A DNA stretch of 32,000 nt from Pyrodictium abyssi (GCF_036323395.1 NZ_AP028907.1:540001-572000), one strand, 5' to 3'. Positions 1-9,500 are shown, numbered from the stretch's first letter. The notes: generated from the sequence alone by a model not told the origin. A program made the numbers and translations.

Positions 1-2
1 AG

Positions 3-281
3 CAGCTAGCCACGGTGGGCGTCAAGATAGCCGGCCCCGGTGCGCAGGGGCAGCAGACAGGGATGCCGACGGAGACTGCAGCGGCGCAGACGGCTACCGT
101 GCAGGCTGAGCAGACTAAGGCCAGCGGAGCCACGGCTACCACGGCTAAGCCGGCCCCGGCCACGGCTGGCGGGGAGCAGACGGCTGAGGAGAAGGGCGTG
201 GGAGCCAACACTACGCTCATAGCTGCGGGTGTAGTGGCGGTAGTAGGGGCTGCAGCAGCGGTGGTACTTCTGAGACGCTAG
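3..281 (+). CDS. C-terminal end of an exported/surface protein (A/T/P/E-rich stalk plus C-terminal TM anchor), 5' end outside window
   Basis: Open frame enters from the window edge. Low-complexity stalk TAAAQTATVQAEQTKASGATATTAKP is followed by hydrophobic GVGANTTLIAAGVVAVVGAAAAVVLLRR and a stop, typical of archaeal substrate-binding or S-layer-type anchored proteins. Confidence 0.6.
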   Translation, partial: QLATVGVKIAGPGAQGQQTGMPTETAAAQTATVQAEQTKASGATATTAKPAPATAGGEQTAEEKGVGANTTLIAAGVVAVVGAAAAVVLLRR

Positions 282-512
282 CCCCCAGGGGGCCCAGCCG
301 TTAGCGTCCGTGGCGCGTCTTGGCGTAGCCCTCGTTTTTCCTTCCTCGTAGAGTCTCGTGTGTCTCCTTCCTGGCTGCTCTGCTGGGCGCCAGGTCCTGC
401 CAGGTAACCGGCTGGGCTAGCGTGCCCCGGAGACAACACGAAGCCGTTTCTTAAACGCTGCGTTAAAATCAGCCTGGGAGCCTCCAGGGCCCCGGAGGGT
501 GCAAAGCCGGCC

Positions 513-1268
513 ATGAGGCGCCTGCTGCGGCCCCCTCGGGAGCCCAGCGCGCTAGGCATAATGGCCTTCAGCGCCCTGGTGGGCCTAGCGACGGCGGCTA
601 GCCCGAGCCCGGCAGGGCTAGCCCTCGCCGTAGCCGCGGTGCTCCTCCACGTGTTCACGTTCGACGCGGCCTTCGACGCTGCTAGGCTCCGGAGGCGGGG
701 GCTGCTCGCCGCGCTAGCGGCGCTGAACGCCTCCCCCTACCTCCTAGCCGTGCTGCTCTGGCGCGACTGGGTGCTCGCTGCTGCTGTGCTCGCCTACGCT
801 CCGGTGCTGGCCGTCTACCTGGTGCTGAGTCTCCGGGGCGCGCTGAGGACACCGCCGGGCTACATCGCGGGCGCAGCGCTGCTAGCCTACACGGCTGTGC
901 TCTCGGCCGCGCTGGCGGGGGAGCCGACCAGGCTGACACTGGCTGGCTTCGCGCTAATGATGCTCTACACGGCGAGCACAGCAGCCTACGTGGAGACACG
1001 GCTACCCACGAGGAGGACGAGCCCGCTCCTCCCGCTAGCGGTATGGCTTCCAGCGCTCCCCGTGGCAGCAGCTACCTGGCCCTGGCTCTTACTAGCCTGC
1101 ATAGAGCCCACGGCCAAGCTGATGGTAAACGCGGCGAGGAACACCAAGATAGACATGAGGGAGATAAGGCGGCTAGGCTGGAGGGAGCTCGCCCGGCTAA
1201 CACTCTTCACAGCCCTGCTCACTGCCTCGCTAGCAGTGCTCCGTGGGACAGACCCAGAAGCCCCGTAG
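513..1268 (+). CDS. Multi-spanning membrane protein, YwiC-like family candidate
   Basis: 251 aa ORF, strongly hydrophobic with several TM segments; N-terminal PREPSALGIMAFSALVGL resembles the PREHGAWG start of YwiC-like proteins. Confidence 0.65.
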   Translation: MRRLLRPPREPSALGIMAFSALVGLATAASPSPAGLALAVAAVLLHVFTFDAAFDAARLRRRGLLAALAALNASPYLLAVLLWRDWVLAAAVLAYAPVLAVYLVLSLRGALRTPPGYIAGAALLAYTAVLSAALAGEPTRLTLAGFALMMLYTASTAAYVETRLPTRRTSPLLPLAVWLPALPVAAATWPWLLLACIEPTAKLMVNAARNTKIDMREIRRLGWRELARLTLFTALLTASLAVLRGTDPEAP

Positions 1269-1307
1269 GGGGCTTCCTACCACTTATCAAGGGGAAGGGG
1301 GGCACTG

Positions 1308-2195
1308 GTGCCTCCCCTGAGGTGCCGCCGGGCTGTGCTAGACCGGGGCCTACTCGCGGTAGCCCTCCTCAGCCTCGCGGGCGCTGCTGTGAAGATCTAC
1401 GGCTCGCTCGTCTACGGCAGCCGTGCGCTGCTCGTGGACGCGCTCACCTGCGCTGCGAACATGGCTGCGCTCGCGGCCATGCTCTGGTACCTCCACGTCT
1501 CCCGTGCCCCGCCGGACGAGGACCACCCCTACGGGCACCAGAGGCTGCGCTACGGCGGCGCGCTCGCCAGCCTCTCCGCGTACATGTTCGTGGCCGGTGC
1601 TTCGGCGGCGGCGCTGGTCTACAGCCTCGGCGGCTACACGGTGGAGGCGGGCAGCACGGCAGCCGCCCTGGCAGGCAGCGCGTTCTACGCAGCCGCGATA
1701 TACGTGGCCCGGGGCATCGACCCCGTGCTCCGGGTCTACGCGGGCTTCACGGCGAGCGAGCTGATAGAGAGCGGCGTCACGGCTGCGAGTAGCTGGCTCG
1801 GCGCAAGCCTAGGCTACCTCTACGACCTAGCCGGCGGCGTGGCCATCCTCGCCTACCTGCTCCACGAGGCCGTGGAGACCCACCACAAGCTGATGAAGAT
1901 ATTCGCCGACACTGCTGCTCCACAGCACTTCTACGAGCTGGTCGAGCGCGAGGCGCTGCTCCGCGGCCTACACCCCGTCCGTGTCAGGCTCCGCATGGTG
2001 GACGAGAAGCACTGCAGCGGAGACCTCATAGTGGTGCCCGAGGAGGGCATGCCCCCGGACGTGGCCGATATACTAGCCGACGAGCTACAGCAGGAGCTAC
2101 ACAGCCACGGCTGCGACGTCGTCATACACGTAGGGCTACAGGAGCGCCGCAACAGCAACCAGAGCCGGAGAAACGGCGGGAAGCACTATAACTGA
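1308..2195 (+). CDS. Cation diffusion facilitator (CDF) family metal transporter
   Basis: 295 aa ORF with N-terminal TM helices, the EDHPYGHQRLRYGG motif typical of CDF proteins, and a C-terminal cytoplasmic domain. Confidence 0.85.
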   Translation: MPPLRCRRAVLDRGLLAVALLSLAGAAVKIYGSLVYGSRALLVDALTCAANMAALAAMLWYLHVSRAPPDEDHPYGHQRLRYGGALASLSAYMFVAGASAAALVYSLGGYTVEAGSTAAALAGSAFYAAAIYVARGIDPVLRVYAGFTASELIESGVTAASSWLGASLGYLYDLAGGVAILAYLLHEAVETHHKLMKIFADTAAPQHFYELVEREALLRGLHPVRVRLRMVDEKHCSGDLIVVPEEGMPPDVADILADELQQELHSHGCDVVIHVGLQERRNSNQSRRNGGKHYN

Positions 2196-2514
2196 GGCCT
2201 CGGGGTGGGACCCGCCGGCTCACCCCGCCCCCGGGCGGCTGCCCGGCGTCACCGGCGCGGCCTCCAGAAGCCATAGTACCGCACACAGCCTCTGATAAAC
2301 GCTGCCGAGTCCTCAGCAAGCCGGATCTACAGCGTGGCTGTGTTCTACGGAGGCCGGAGGCGTACTGCTCGACAGCCCGACTACTTTAGTGATCGAATGC
2401 AGAGGTTGTGGAAGCCAGCTAGAGGCGTAGGTGGCGGCCCCAGGGCTCGTGATATAGTTCTTCTCCGTTTCTGGCTGAAGGGCTGGGCTAGCTTTTTACG
2501 GGGGACGTCTATGG

Positions 2515-2847
2515 GTGTCTCGCTGGCGCTGCCGCTCCTTGGGCTTAGTGTATGTTGAGGGTGTGGTTAAGCACCGTGGTAGGAGTAAGCGTGTAAGGTT
2601 CCTCGTAGATAGCGGTGTTACGTATACTGTGTTGACCCGGAGTGTCTGGGAGGAGCTGGGCCTGAAGCCGCTGGGCAAGATAGAGTTCATCCTAGCCGAC
2701 GGCACTGTTCTGCGTAGGAAGGTGTCCGAGGTTCTGCTAGAGCTGCCCTGATACGGGGAGAGCGAGGACGAGAATCTCCTGGGCATTGTGACTCTCGAGA
2801 TATTCGGGCTCATGCTCGACCCGTTCCGGAGGCGCTCCGCCCCATAA
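2515..2847 (+). pseudogene. Retropepsin-like (clan AA) aspartic protease remnant interrupted by an in-frame TGA at 2749-2751
   Basis: VRFLVDSGVTYTVLTRSVWEELGL (DSG active-site motif) then TGA, then in the same frame YGESEDENLLGIVTLEIFGLMLDPFRRRSAP*, which matches the conserved C-terminal 'LLGxxTLExxGLxxDP' segment of this family. Confidence 0.75.
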
Positions 2848-3054
2848 GAGCGCTGATGAAGAGCCTCTGGGATAGAACAAGTACGCATAGCATCCAGGAT
2901 TGAGCTGCGTGCAGCAGTAGACAGCAGTGTATTCCATACTTCTGGGCAGCCAGCCCGTCGGGGGATCTAAGACATCCTCAGGGTGGCCGCTATAGGACAA
3001 AAAGGGTTATGGTGGAATGTAAGGGCAGAGAGCCGGAGGCTTACGTTAGCTCTT

Positions 3055-4400
3055 CTATCGGTGGTCCTCGCCGCCGGTGAAGGGCCCTATATAGCTCCTG
3101 CACGATACCTCTGCATCGATATACAGCGTACCAATATAGTAGCTATCGCCATCATAGTCGAACTTCACAGGCAAACAGTAATAATAGCCATCAATAAACG
3201 CGCATCTCTCATATTGGTTCTTAATATCAATGGTTGCATCCAGATAGTAGAATTCCTCAGTTTCTTTGGTAACGCCTACTGATGCGCTCAGTAGACCTGC
3301 TATCGGAGCCAGTTCTGGATAGCCAAATACCAGTGGTAGTACTGCTCCTGAAACAGATAGCATAGGGCTCGTCTTTATACTTCTACGTAATATCATACAC
3401 GTCTATGTTTAGATCGTCACGCACTATAAAGTAGTACTTGGGATTCCAGTAACCCTCTATCGCTTTAAAGGCCTTTACAGCCTCTGCAGTATAGTTGTAC
3501 AGCGTTGTTATCTGAGACCATGACTTTATTTTGCCATCGGATATATTAGGTTTCATTAGTGTCATATCAGCCTTTATTGTGGGTACTCTAATGCTTCCAG
3601 CATAGAATACCAGTACGTACCTTGCAAAAGCTATATTGCCGCGTATGCCAAGTGCTGCAATAGCGTCTCCCTCGAAGTCTGCACCTTTGTCAAAGTCCTC
3701 AAATTCAGAAAGCCATAATTTTTTCTTCGTCCTTCTTACTATCCAGCTTTACCGTGAAGCCAGCTATTTCATAGTCAGCATAAGCTACATCCTCACTTCC
3801 TATTGGTATTATTCCAGCAGTTACAGTGAATACTATCTCGATATTTCTTGTCTCACTTGCCACGAACTTTTCTTTAAGTTGTATAATCATCTACTATGTC
3901 GGTATCTCCATGGAGTTTTACAAAGGTATACCCACATCCTCATCGCTTTTATAGACTTCCTCTAGCTCCCACACCATTTTTATGTAAGGGTTCTGATATA
4001 TCGGTGGTAGCTCCGGTGGCGACCAGCCATCTTCCTGTACACTGCTGCTGGTGCGAACTCGTATATGCTCCTGTAGTAGCTTCTCTAGCTCGGCTCTTGT
4101 GATAGCTGGCTTCTTCCCTAGCTCGACTATGCTCCCGTTAGGGAGCCAGCCGTAGAGGCTCAGTGACGCTGGTACCTTGCCATTAAGGGTGTCTATGGTT
4201 ACCGTGATTCTTTGGCCGCTGAAGAGCTTCTTGAAGTACTTCACTGATACGTCTTTAACGGTGGTATCTACCTCCAGCGTCTTGTAGACGGGCCAGCCTC
4301 CTAGCGCGTAACTTACTGTAGCCATGGCTAGAATGGCTAGAAGTGACACAGCTATGACGCTGTGTAGCTTAATGCGGCTCTTCTTGGGGGCATGCTTTTC
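3055..4400 (-). pseudogene. Multiply frameshifted, AT-rich gene for an exported protein of unknown function
   Basis: Consecutive minus-strand open segments in different frames (3918..4349, 3705..3890, about 3383..3700, 3055..3396) abut or overlap. N-terminus reads KHAPKKSRIKLHSVIAVSLLAILAMATVSYALGG, a signal-peptide-like sequence. Confidence 0.6.
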
Positions 4401-4595
4401 ACCATCCAGTTGTCGGGAACTATAGTTGTCCCCGGAGTAGTTTTAGAAATTCATCTACTTGCTATGTTAGGTTTTATTTAAATCACCTGGTATCCTATAC
4501 GAGATAATCTGGCGTGTTTGAGGATAGCGGCGTAGTGTCGGTTCTGCAGGTCTTAAGCCCTTCCGCGTATAAACGGTGAGACCGGGTTGCACTAG

Positions 4596-5882
4596 CTAGG
4601 CTCTGGGTCTCGGCCCCTCGCGGCGGAGTTTTGCGGCGATGTCTAGTAGGCGGCGGGCGGCCATCCGCTTATGCATCATGGGTATCTCGTGGCGCTCGCC
4701 GCGCCAGGTCACCACGAGTAGCCGGTTGGTGTCGCTGGCGAAGGCGGCGCCGGGCTCTAGTGCGTTGTTGGCGGCGACTGCGTCCAGCATGTAGCGTTCT
4801 AGCTTCTCCCGTGCCCGCTCCTCTAGCTCCTCGTCGCCCGCCGCTGTCTCCGCGGCGAAGCCTACGTGGACGGCGCCGGGTGCGGCTCTCACGGCCTCTG
4901 TGACTATCTTGGGGGTGGGCTCGAGCTCGAGCGTGAGTCGGCCGGCGGCTGTCGGCAGCTTGGCTTGCTGCACGCGGGCTGGCCGGTAGTCGGCGACTGC
5001 GGCGGCGTAGAGCGCTACGTCTACGCCGTGTATCCTCTCGAGGACTGCTCGCCTCATCTCCTCGCTGGTCTCCACGGCCACGGTCTCTTGGAGGTAGCCT
5101 TGCCAGCCACCGGGGAGCCCGGTGCAGAGCGGGCCGTGGACCAGCGTTACTCTTGCCCCGCGCCACGCAGCCTCGAGGGCCAGGTAGACGCCCATCTTCC
5201 CCGTAGAGGGGTTCGTGACCACCCTCACCGGGTCGATGTGCTCCCGCGTAGGCCCCGCGGTGACCAGCACCCGGAGGCCCTCCAGGTCCCTGCCCCTTGT
5301 CACGAGGGCCTCGGCCCACCATGCTACCAGCTCTACCGGGGGGTACTTCGCCTGCTCCCCCTCCACCACGGGCCTCATCACGTGGAAGCCCTGCCGCTCC
5401 AGCTCCTCGACGAGCCCACGGGCCCGCCTCCACATGCCGAGGTGCATAGCCGGGGCGAGGAGCACCGGCTTGCCGAGCCCAGCAGCCTCCTGGACGAGAG
5501 CCGAGACCGGGGTGGAGGCCCGGAACCCGGCTATCTCCGCCAGGGTGTCCAGGCTGGCTGGCGCCACTAGCACCGCGTCGCAGAGCCGGGCGAGCGACAC
5601 GTGCTCGATGGCGCCGGTGAGCTCGGTGACGGCCGGCAGCCCGGTGGCCCACTCGAAGAGCGTGGGCGAGACCAGCTCCGCCGCAGCCCGGGTCATGACT
5701 ACGCGCACGGCCGCGCCGTACCGCATGAGGAGCCGGGCCAGGTCAAGGCTACGGTAGATCGCGGCGCTCCCCGTCACGCCCAGGGCCAGGCAGCGGCCCC
5801 CCAGGTCGCCGCCCCGCTCGCCCACGATACCGCTACTCGGGTGCACACGGCCCCAGAGCGTAGGCTCCCAGCCCCGCGTCAA
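4596..5882 (-). CDS. coaBC: Bifunctional phosphopantothenoylcysteine decarboxylase / phosphopantothenate-cysteine ligase
   Basis: Flavoprotein domain (LALGVTGSAAIYRSLDLARLLMRYGAAVRVVMTRAA; PAMHLGMW) followed by the CoaB domain (VLVTAGPTREHIDPVRVVTNPSTGKMG; ALYAAAVADYRP). Confidence 0.95.
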   Translation of the reverse strand: MTRGWEPTLWGRVHPSSGIVGERGGDLGGRCLALGVTGSAAIYRSLDLARLLMRYGAAVRVVMTRAAAELVSPTLFEWATGLPAVTELTGAIEHVSLARLCDAVLVAPASLDTLAEIAGFRASTPVSALVQEAAGLGKPVLLAPAMHLGMWRRARGLVEELERQGFHVMRPVVEGEQAKYPPVELVAWWAEALVTRGRDLEGLRVLVTAGPTREHIDPVRVVTNPSTGKMGVYLALEAAWRGARVTLVHGPLCTGLPGGWQGYLQETVAVETSEEMRRAVLERIHGVDVALYAAAVADYRPARVQQAKLPTAAGRLTLELEPTPKIVTEAVRAAPGAVHVGFAAETAAGDEELEERAREKLERYMLDAVAANNALEPGAAFASDTNRLLVVTWRGERHEIPMMHKRMAARRLLDIAAKLRREGPRPRA

Positions 5883-5970
5883 CGCGCCTAGCAGCCCCCA
5901 GGGGGAGGGCTACGGGCCCCCGGTAGGGGGATTAGTTGGGTTCGCCTCTGCATGATTATTGTGAATGTGG

Positions 5971-7076
5971 TCATCGGGTCATGTATGCTGACCGGGGCCC
6001 GGTCGGGTTTCGTCCGTCACCGCCCCAGGAGCCCTCAGACCCTGGGCTGAGGGCTATGGCTTTGAGGGCCTTCTTGTAGACGTTCATTGCTCCCACGGTG
6101 TCCCTGTCCGCCCTGAACCCGCACTTGGGGCACTCTGCTAGCCTGTGCCAGTATCTTAATGGGAAGCCGCATACTGGGCACTTCTTACTCGTGCTCCTCG
6201 GGTCTACGTAGACTATTGGCACATTGTACTCTACAGCCTTAGCCTCGATAGCTTGGAGTAGCTTCCTATACGCGAACTTTGACAGTCTGTCTGCCAGCGT
6301 GCTGGACTTCTGCGAGGCGTTGTGCCACAGCTTCTCTAGCTCCTCGACAGCTATAGCGGCCTTTGTTTTCCTGGCTTTAAGCACAAGATACTTGGCGACC
6401 TTTCTAGACCAGTCGAGGACTATCCTGGCGCTCCTACGGTGGAGAGAGCTAACGGCCTCCAATAACCTCTTGTTGCGCCTCCAGGAGTACGGTGCATCTT
6501 CTGCGCCATCTCGGCGAGATGTTTGAGCCTAAGCGCCTCGGTGCAGCGGGTCTTCAACCGCCTAATGCGCCCGCCGTCGTAGAGTGTTAGGGTCTTCAGG
6601 TTGAGGTCTAGGGCTAGGATTCTCCTTGGCGCGTAGGGCTCGTAGGTGAAGCGGAAGGGGACGACAATCTCTATCCGTGCTCCTGGAAGCCACTTGACAA
6701 CGACCTCGTACCATTTCCTGCCCTTGAACTTCTCTAGGTAGCTCTTACGATGCACCAATTTTAGCTTAAACGTCTTGTCTTTCAGCTTCACCGTGACAGT
6801 CCAGTTGCCGAAGTCTATGCTTGCGTCGTACTTGTCTAGCCTAACACTTAGCCTCTTCAATACTGGCTTCTTACCGCCATTCTTCCTAGCAGCCTTCACG
6901 AGCGCTAGTGCGTACTTGTACACCCGCTTAGCCTGGTGTGCCCTAAAGCCTCTGGAGCGTAGAGTCTTGTAGAACATCTGGTGGCATTGATTCAGAGTTG
7001 GTAGCTCATCTAGCTCCCATAGTGCATCGATAATCCTCTGTATCTCCCTACGGGCGAGCCGGAGCTCCGCGAACAA
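5971..7076 (-). pseudogene. tnpB: TnpB (IS200/IS605-family OrfB, RNA-guided nuclease family) with one frameshift near 6490
   Basis: N-part 6420..7076 contains RuvC-I-like LALDLNLKTLTL. C-part 5971..6462 contains VEELEKLW (RuvC-II), CPVCGF...CPKCGF zinc finger and DRDTVGAMNV (RuvC-III). Adding 1 nt near 6490 joins them as ...MHRYSWRRNKRLLEAVSSLHRRSARIV.... No tnpA seen. Confidence 0.9.
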
Positions 7077-7579
7077 GTCATACTGACTACCTTTAACGAG
7101 GACAGCCCGCGCGCGCGTAGCGCCAGATCCTCTCCCCTCGGGGAGCAGCCCTTGCGGCTGCTCTCCCCCTCATCGGGGCCCACCGCTCTGGGCGATAGTT
7201 GCGTATTACTGCTTAGGCCTTGTCCAGGTGCTCGTCCAGCCTCCTGCCTAGCGTCTCTTCGAGAAACCTCCTGTTCTGCTCCACCAGCCCCCAGCTCTCA
7301 TGCCGTGTATCCCGCCAGCAAAGCTGACAATAGCTGGGAGGAAGTCCTCCATAGGCTTCTCTTGTACGGCGCTCGACTACGTTCACTCTATGCTTCTCGT
7401 AGAAGGGTTGTGTCGGTACCTGGAACTGGAACGAACCCAGTTAATCAGTCACAGTAGGTTACAATGCTACATCCGCACGTTTCACTGTGACTAGGCGGAG
7501 GAGCCTCTGCAACCCGGGGGAGAACCCAAATCGATAGAGGCAGCGAAGGCCCGAGCCGGCCCGGGAGGAGAGGGCAGGC

Positions 7580-8482
7580 ATGCCGGCCGGAGGCTGCGCC
7601 TACAGGGTGCACGTGCCGCTCCACGTCACCGGCCTATGGCTCCCCGTCTGGAGGCCGGTGCGCCGCGAGACCGGGAGCCTAGGCGCCGGGCTCCTACTCG
7701 AGCCGGGCGCCGAGGCACTCGTCTACACCTGCAGCGGCGGGGACTGCGGCGCCGAGGTCGTCGTCGAGGGCGAGAGGATAGGCCGGGCGCCGAGCGTCCT
7801 CGAGGAGCTGTGGCGGCTCCTAGGCGGGCCCAGGGCCCGCGTCACGGTGGATCTCCCCGTGCCGCTCGCAGTGGGCTACGCGGCCTCAGCAGCCGTAGCC
7901 CTAGCCGTGGCTGCTGGCGAGGCAGCGCTACGGGGCATGAGCCTGGAGGAGGCCGCGGCGCTAGCCCACGAGGCTGAGGTGGCGGCGGGCACGGGCCTGG
8001 GGGACGTAGCGGCCATGTACATGGGCCGTGGGCTCGAGCTACGCCTCGCCCCCGGCGCTCCGGGCCTCGCGCGGGTAGCCAGCTACCCCGTACCAGCCCG
8101 CCGGCTCTACAGCCTCGAGCTAGGCAGGATGACTACGGAGGAGATGCACCGGGGCCTAGGCGACCGGCTCCATGTGCTCGCCGCCCCCAGGCTAGCCCGG
8201 CTAGCCCGCCGGCCGAGCCTCGAGCGCTTCCTAGAGGAGGCCCGGGGCTTCAGCACCGAGGCTGGCTTCGCCCCACCCCGGCTAGCCGAGGCCCTTGACA
8301 GCCTGGTGGACGCGGGTCTGCTGCTCGGCTGGTACGCCAAGAAGAAGGTCGTAGTAGCCGTGCCCAGCCCCGGCGCAGAGGACGAGGCCCGCGATGCGCT
8401 CGAGAGGCTAGCCGGGGAGCACGGGCTAAAGCTGCGCAGCCACAGCCCCGCCCCGGCACCTCTCACAATACAGCCATGCTAG
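7580..8482 (+). CDS. Pantoate kinase (archaeal GHMP-family, PoK)
   Basis: 300 aa GHMP-fold ORF with PVPLAVGYAASAAVALAVAAGEAAL and HEAEVAAGTGLGDVAAMYMGRGLELRLAPGAPG, characteristic of archaeal pantoate kinase. Confidence 0.88.
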   Translation: MPAGGCAYRVHVPLHVTGLWLPVWRPVRRETGSLGAGLLLEPGAEALVYTCSGGDCGAEVVVEGERIGRAPSVLEELWRLLGGPRARVTVDLPVPLAVGYAASAAVALAVAAGEAALRGMSLEEAAALAHEAEVAAGTGLGDVAAMYMGRGLELRLAPGAPGLARVASYPVPARRLYSLELGRMTTEEMHRGLGDRLHVLAAPRLARLARRPSLERFLEEARGFSTEAGFAPPRLAEALDSLVDAGLLLGWYAKKKVVVAVPSPGAEDEARDALERLAGEHGLKLRSHSPAPAPLTIQPC

Positions 8483-8562
8483 CCCCGCAGTCCATGCGGG
8501 CTAGCGGGTAGAGACGGAGCGGTAGAGCACCGCCTAGGGGCCGCCGGGTAGGCCATTAAGCA

Positions 8563-8573
8563 ATCCATATATG
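8563..8573 (+). promoter_or_regulatory. Archaeal TATA-box (box A) candidate, possible leaderless promoter
   Basis: AATCCATATATG-like element in GC-rich context about 25-30 nt upstream of the GTG start at 8596. Confidence 0.4.
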
Positions 8574-8595
8574 TTGATGCCCGCGGCTAGTTTCT

Positions 8596-9135
8596 GTGAC
8601 ACTGGGGTGTCTGCGCCTTTTGCCCCTGGAGGAGACGGTGCTCTCCACTGTGCTAGCGCAGGTGTCCAGGAGGATTCTGGAGAAGCTAGAGAAGGGCAAG
8701 AAGCTCAGCACAGAGGACATCCTGTTGCTCTACATGGACATGAACTACACCGAGCTAAGGGAGATAAAGGAGGAGCTAAGGGAGCTACGCCGCGAGCTAA
8801 AACAGGAGACAGCACGGCTAGACCAGAGGATAGACGAGACAAACAAGAGGATAGACGAGGTGAATAAACGCCTCGACGAGACCAATAAGCGCATAGACGA
8901 TACCAACAAGAGGATAGACACCATGTACCGGGAGCTAGGCCAGAGGATAGACGACACGAACAAGAGGATAGACACGATGTACCGCGAGCTAAGCCGGAGG
9001 ATAGAGGAGACGCGGGAGCAGCTCAGCCAGCAGATGAGCAAGATGGAGGCAGGGCTAACCGCGAGGATAGACGAGGCAAACAAGAGGATAGACAGGCTAT
9101 ACGAGCTACAAGCGGCAGCGCGAAAAGAGAAGTAG
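8596..9135 (+). CDS. Coiled-coil repeat protein
   Basis: 179 aa; aa 77 to about 174 is a tandem run of RIDETNK-type heptads including two near-identical 18-aa units RIDDTNKRIDTMYREL(GQ/SR). Confidence 0.75.
   Translation: MTLGCLRLLPLEETVLSTVLAQVSRRILEKLEKGKKLSTEDILLLYMDMNYTELREIKEELRELRRELKQETARLDQRIDETNKRIDEVNKRLDETNKRIDDTNKRIDTMYRELGQRIDDTNKRIDTMYRELSRRIEETREQLSQQMSKMEAGLTARIDEANKRIDRLYELQAAARKEK
8824..9117 (+). repeat. Coding tandem repeat (heptads plus two 18-aa/54-bp units)
   Basis: Repeated RIDETNKRIDEVNKRLDETNKRIDDTNKRIDTMYREL; 54-bp units at about 8890-8943 and 8944-8997. Confidence 0.8.
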
Positions 9136-9250
9136 AAGGCGGGCCAACCTCCAGACGCTGGCCGAGAACGGATCTATACACTCCTCTAGCCGTCCAGCCC
9201 CGGAGCAGCCAAGGAGGCCGGCAAAGCCGAGAACCATCCTCCAGGCCCGC

Positions 9251-9500
9251 CTAGCCTACTAGGATGACCCGCGCCTCCACCGTGTCCCTGCCCTGCTCCA
9301 CCTCTATCACCGTGAAGCCCCCGCGGCCGTGGAACGCCTCGACATAGGGCACGCCGCCCACCCGCACAGCCCATGCGCGGCCCCGGCCGTGAAGGTGGCC
9401 ATAGGCCACGGCAGCCACCCGGCCATGGTGGCGCTCCAGGACACTACCCAGCAGCGGCGACCCCGCGTACGCCAGGTCAAAGTCCTCCAAGGGGGTCACC
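9251..9500 (-). pseudogene. C-terminal fragment of an Icc-like calcineurin-family metallophosphoesterase
   Basis: PLEDFDLAYAGSPLLGSVLERHHGRVAAVAYGHLHGRGRAWAVRVGGVPYVEAFHGRGGFTVIEVE contains the GHLH motif near the C-terminus. The N-terminal D-x-H and GD motifs are absent from the open frame. Confidence 0.55.

Noticed and set aside
2749-2751. TGA in the protease-like ORF as a selenocysteine codon
   Set aside because: Archaeal Sec decoding is known from a few methanogens and some Asgard-related lineages, not this kind of crenarchaeote. The position is not a catalytic residue, and a nearby deletion makes pseudogenisation more likely.
4669-5652. 327-aa plus-strand ORF antisense to coaBC (reported as minus/plus shadow frames)
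   Set aside because: Composition is R/P/G/H-rich, typical of shadow frames in GC-rich DNA, and it lies entirely within the well-supported coaBC gene.
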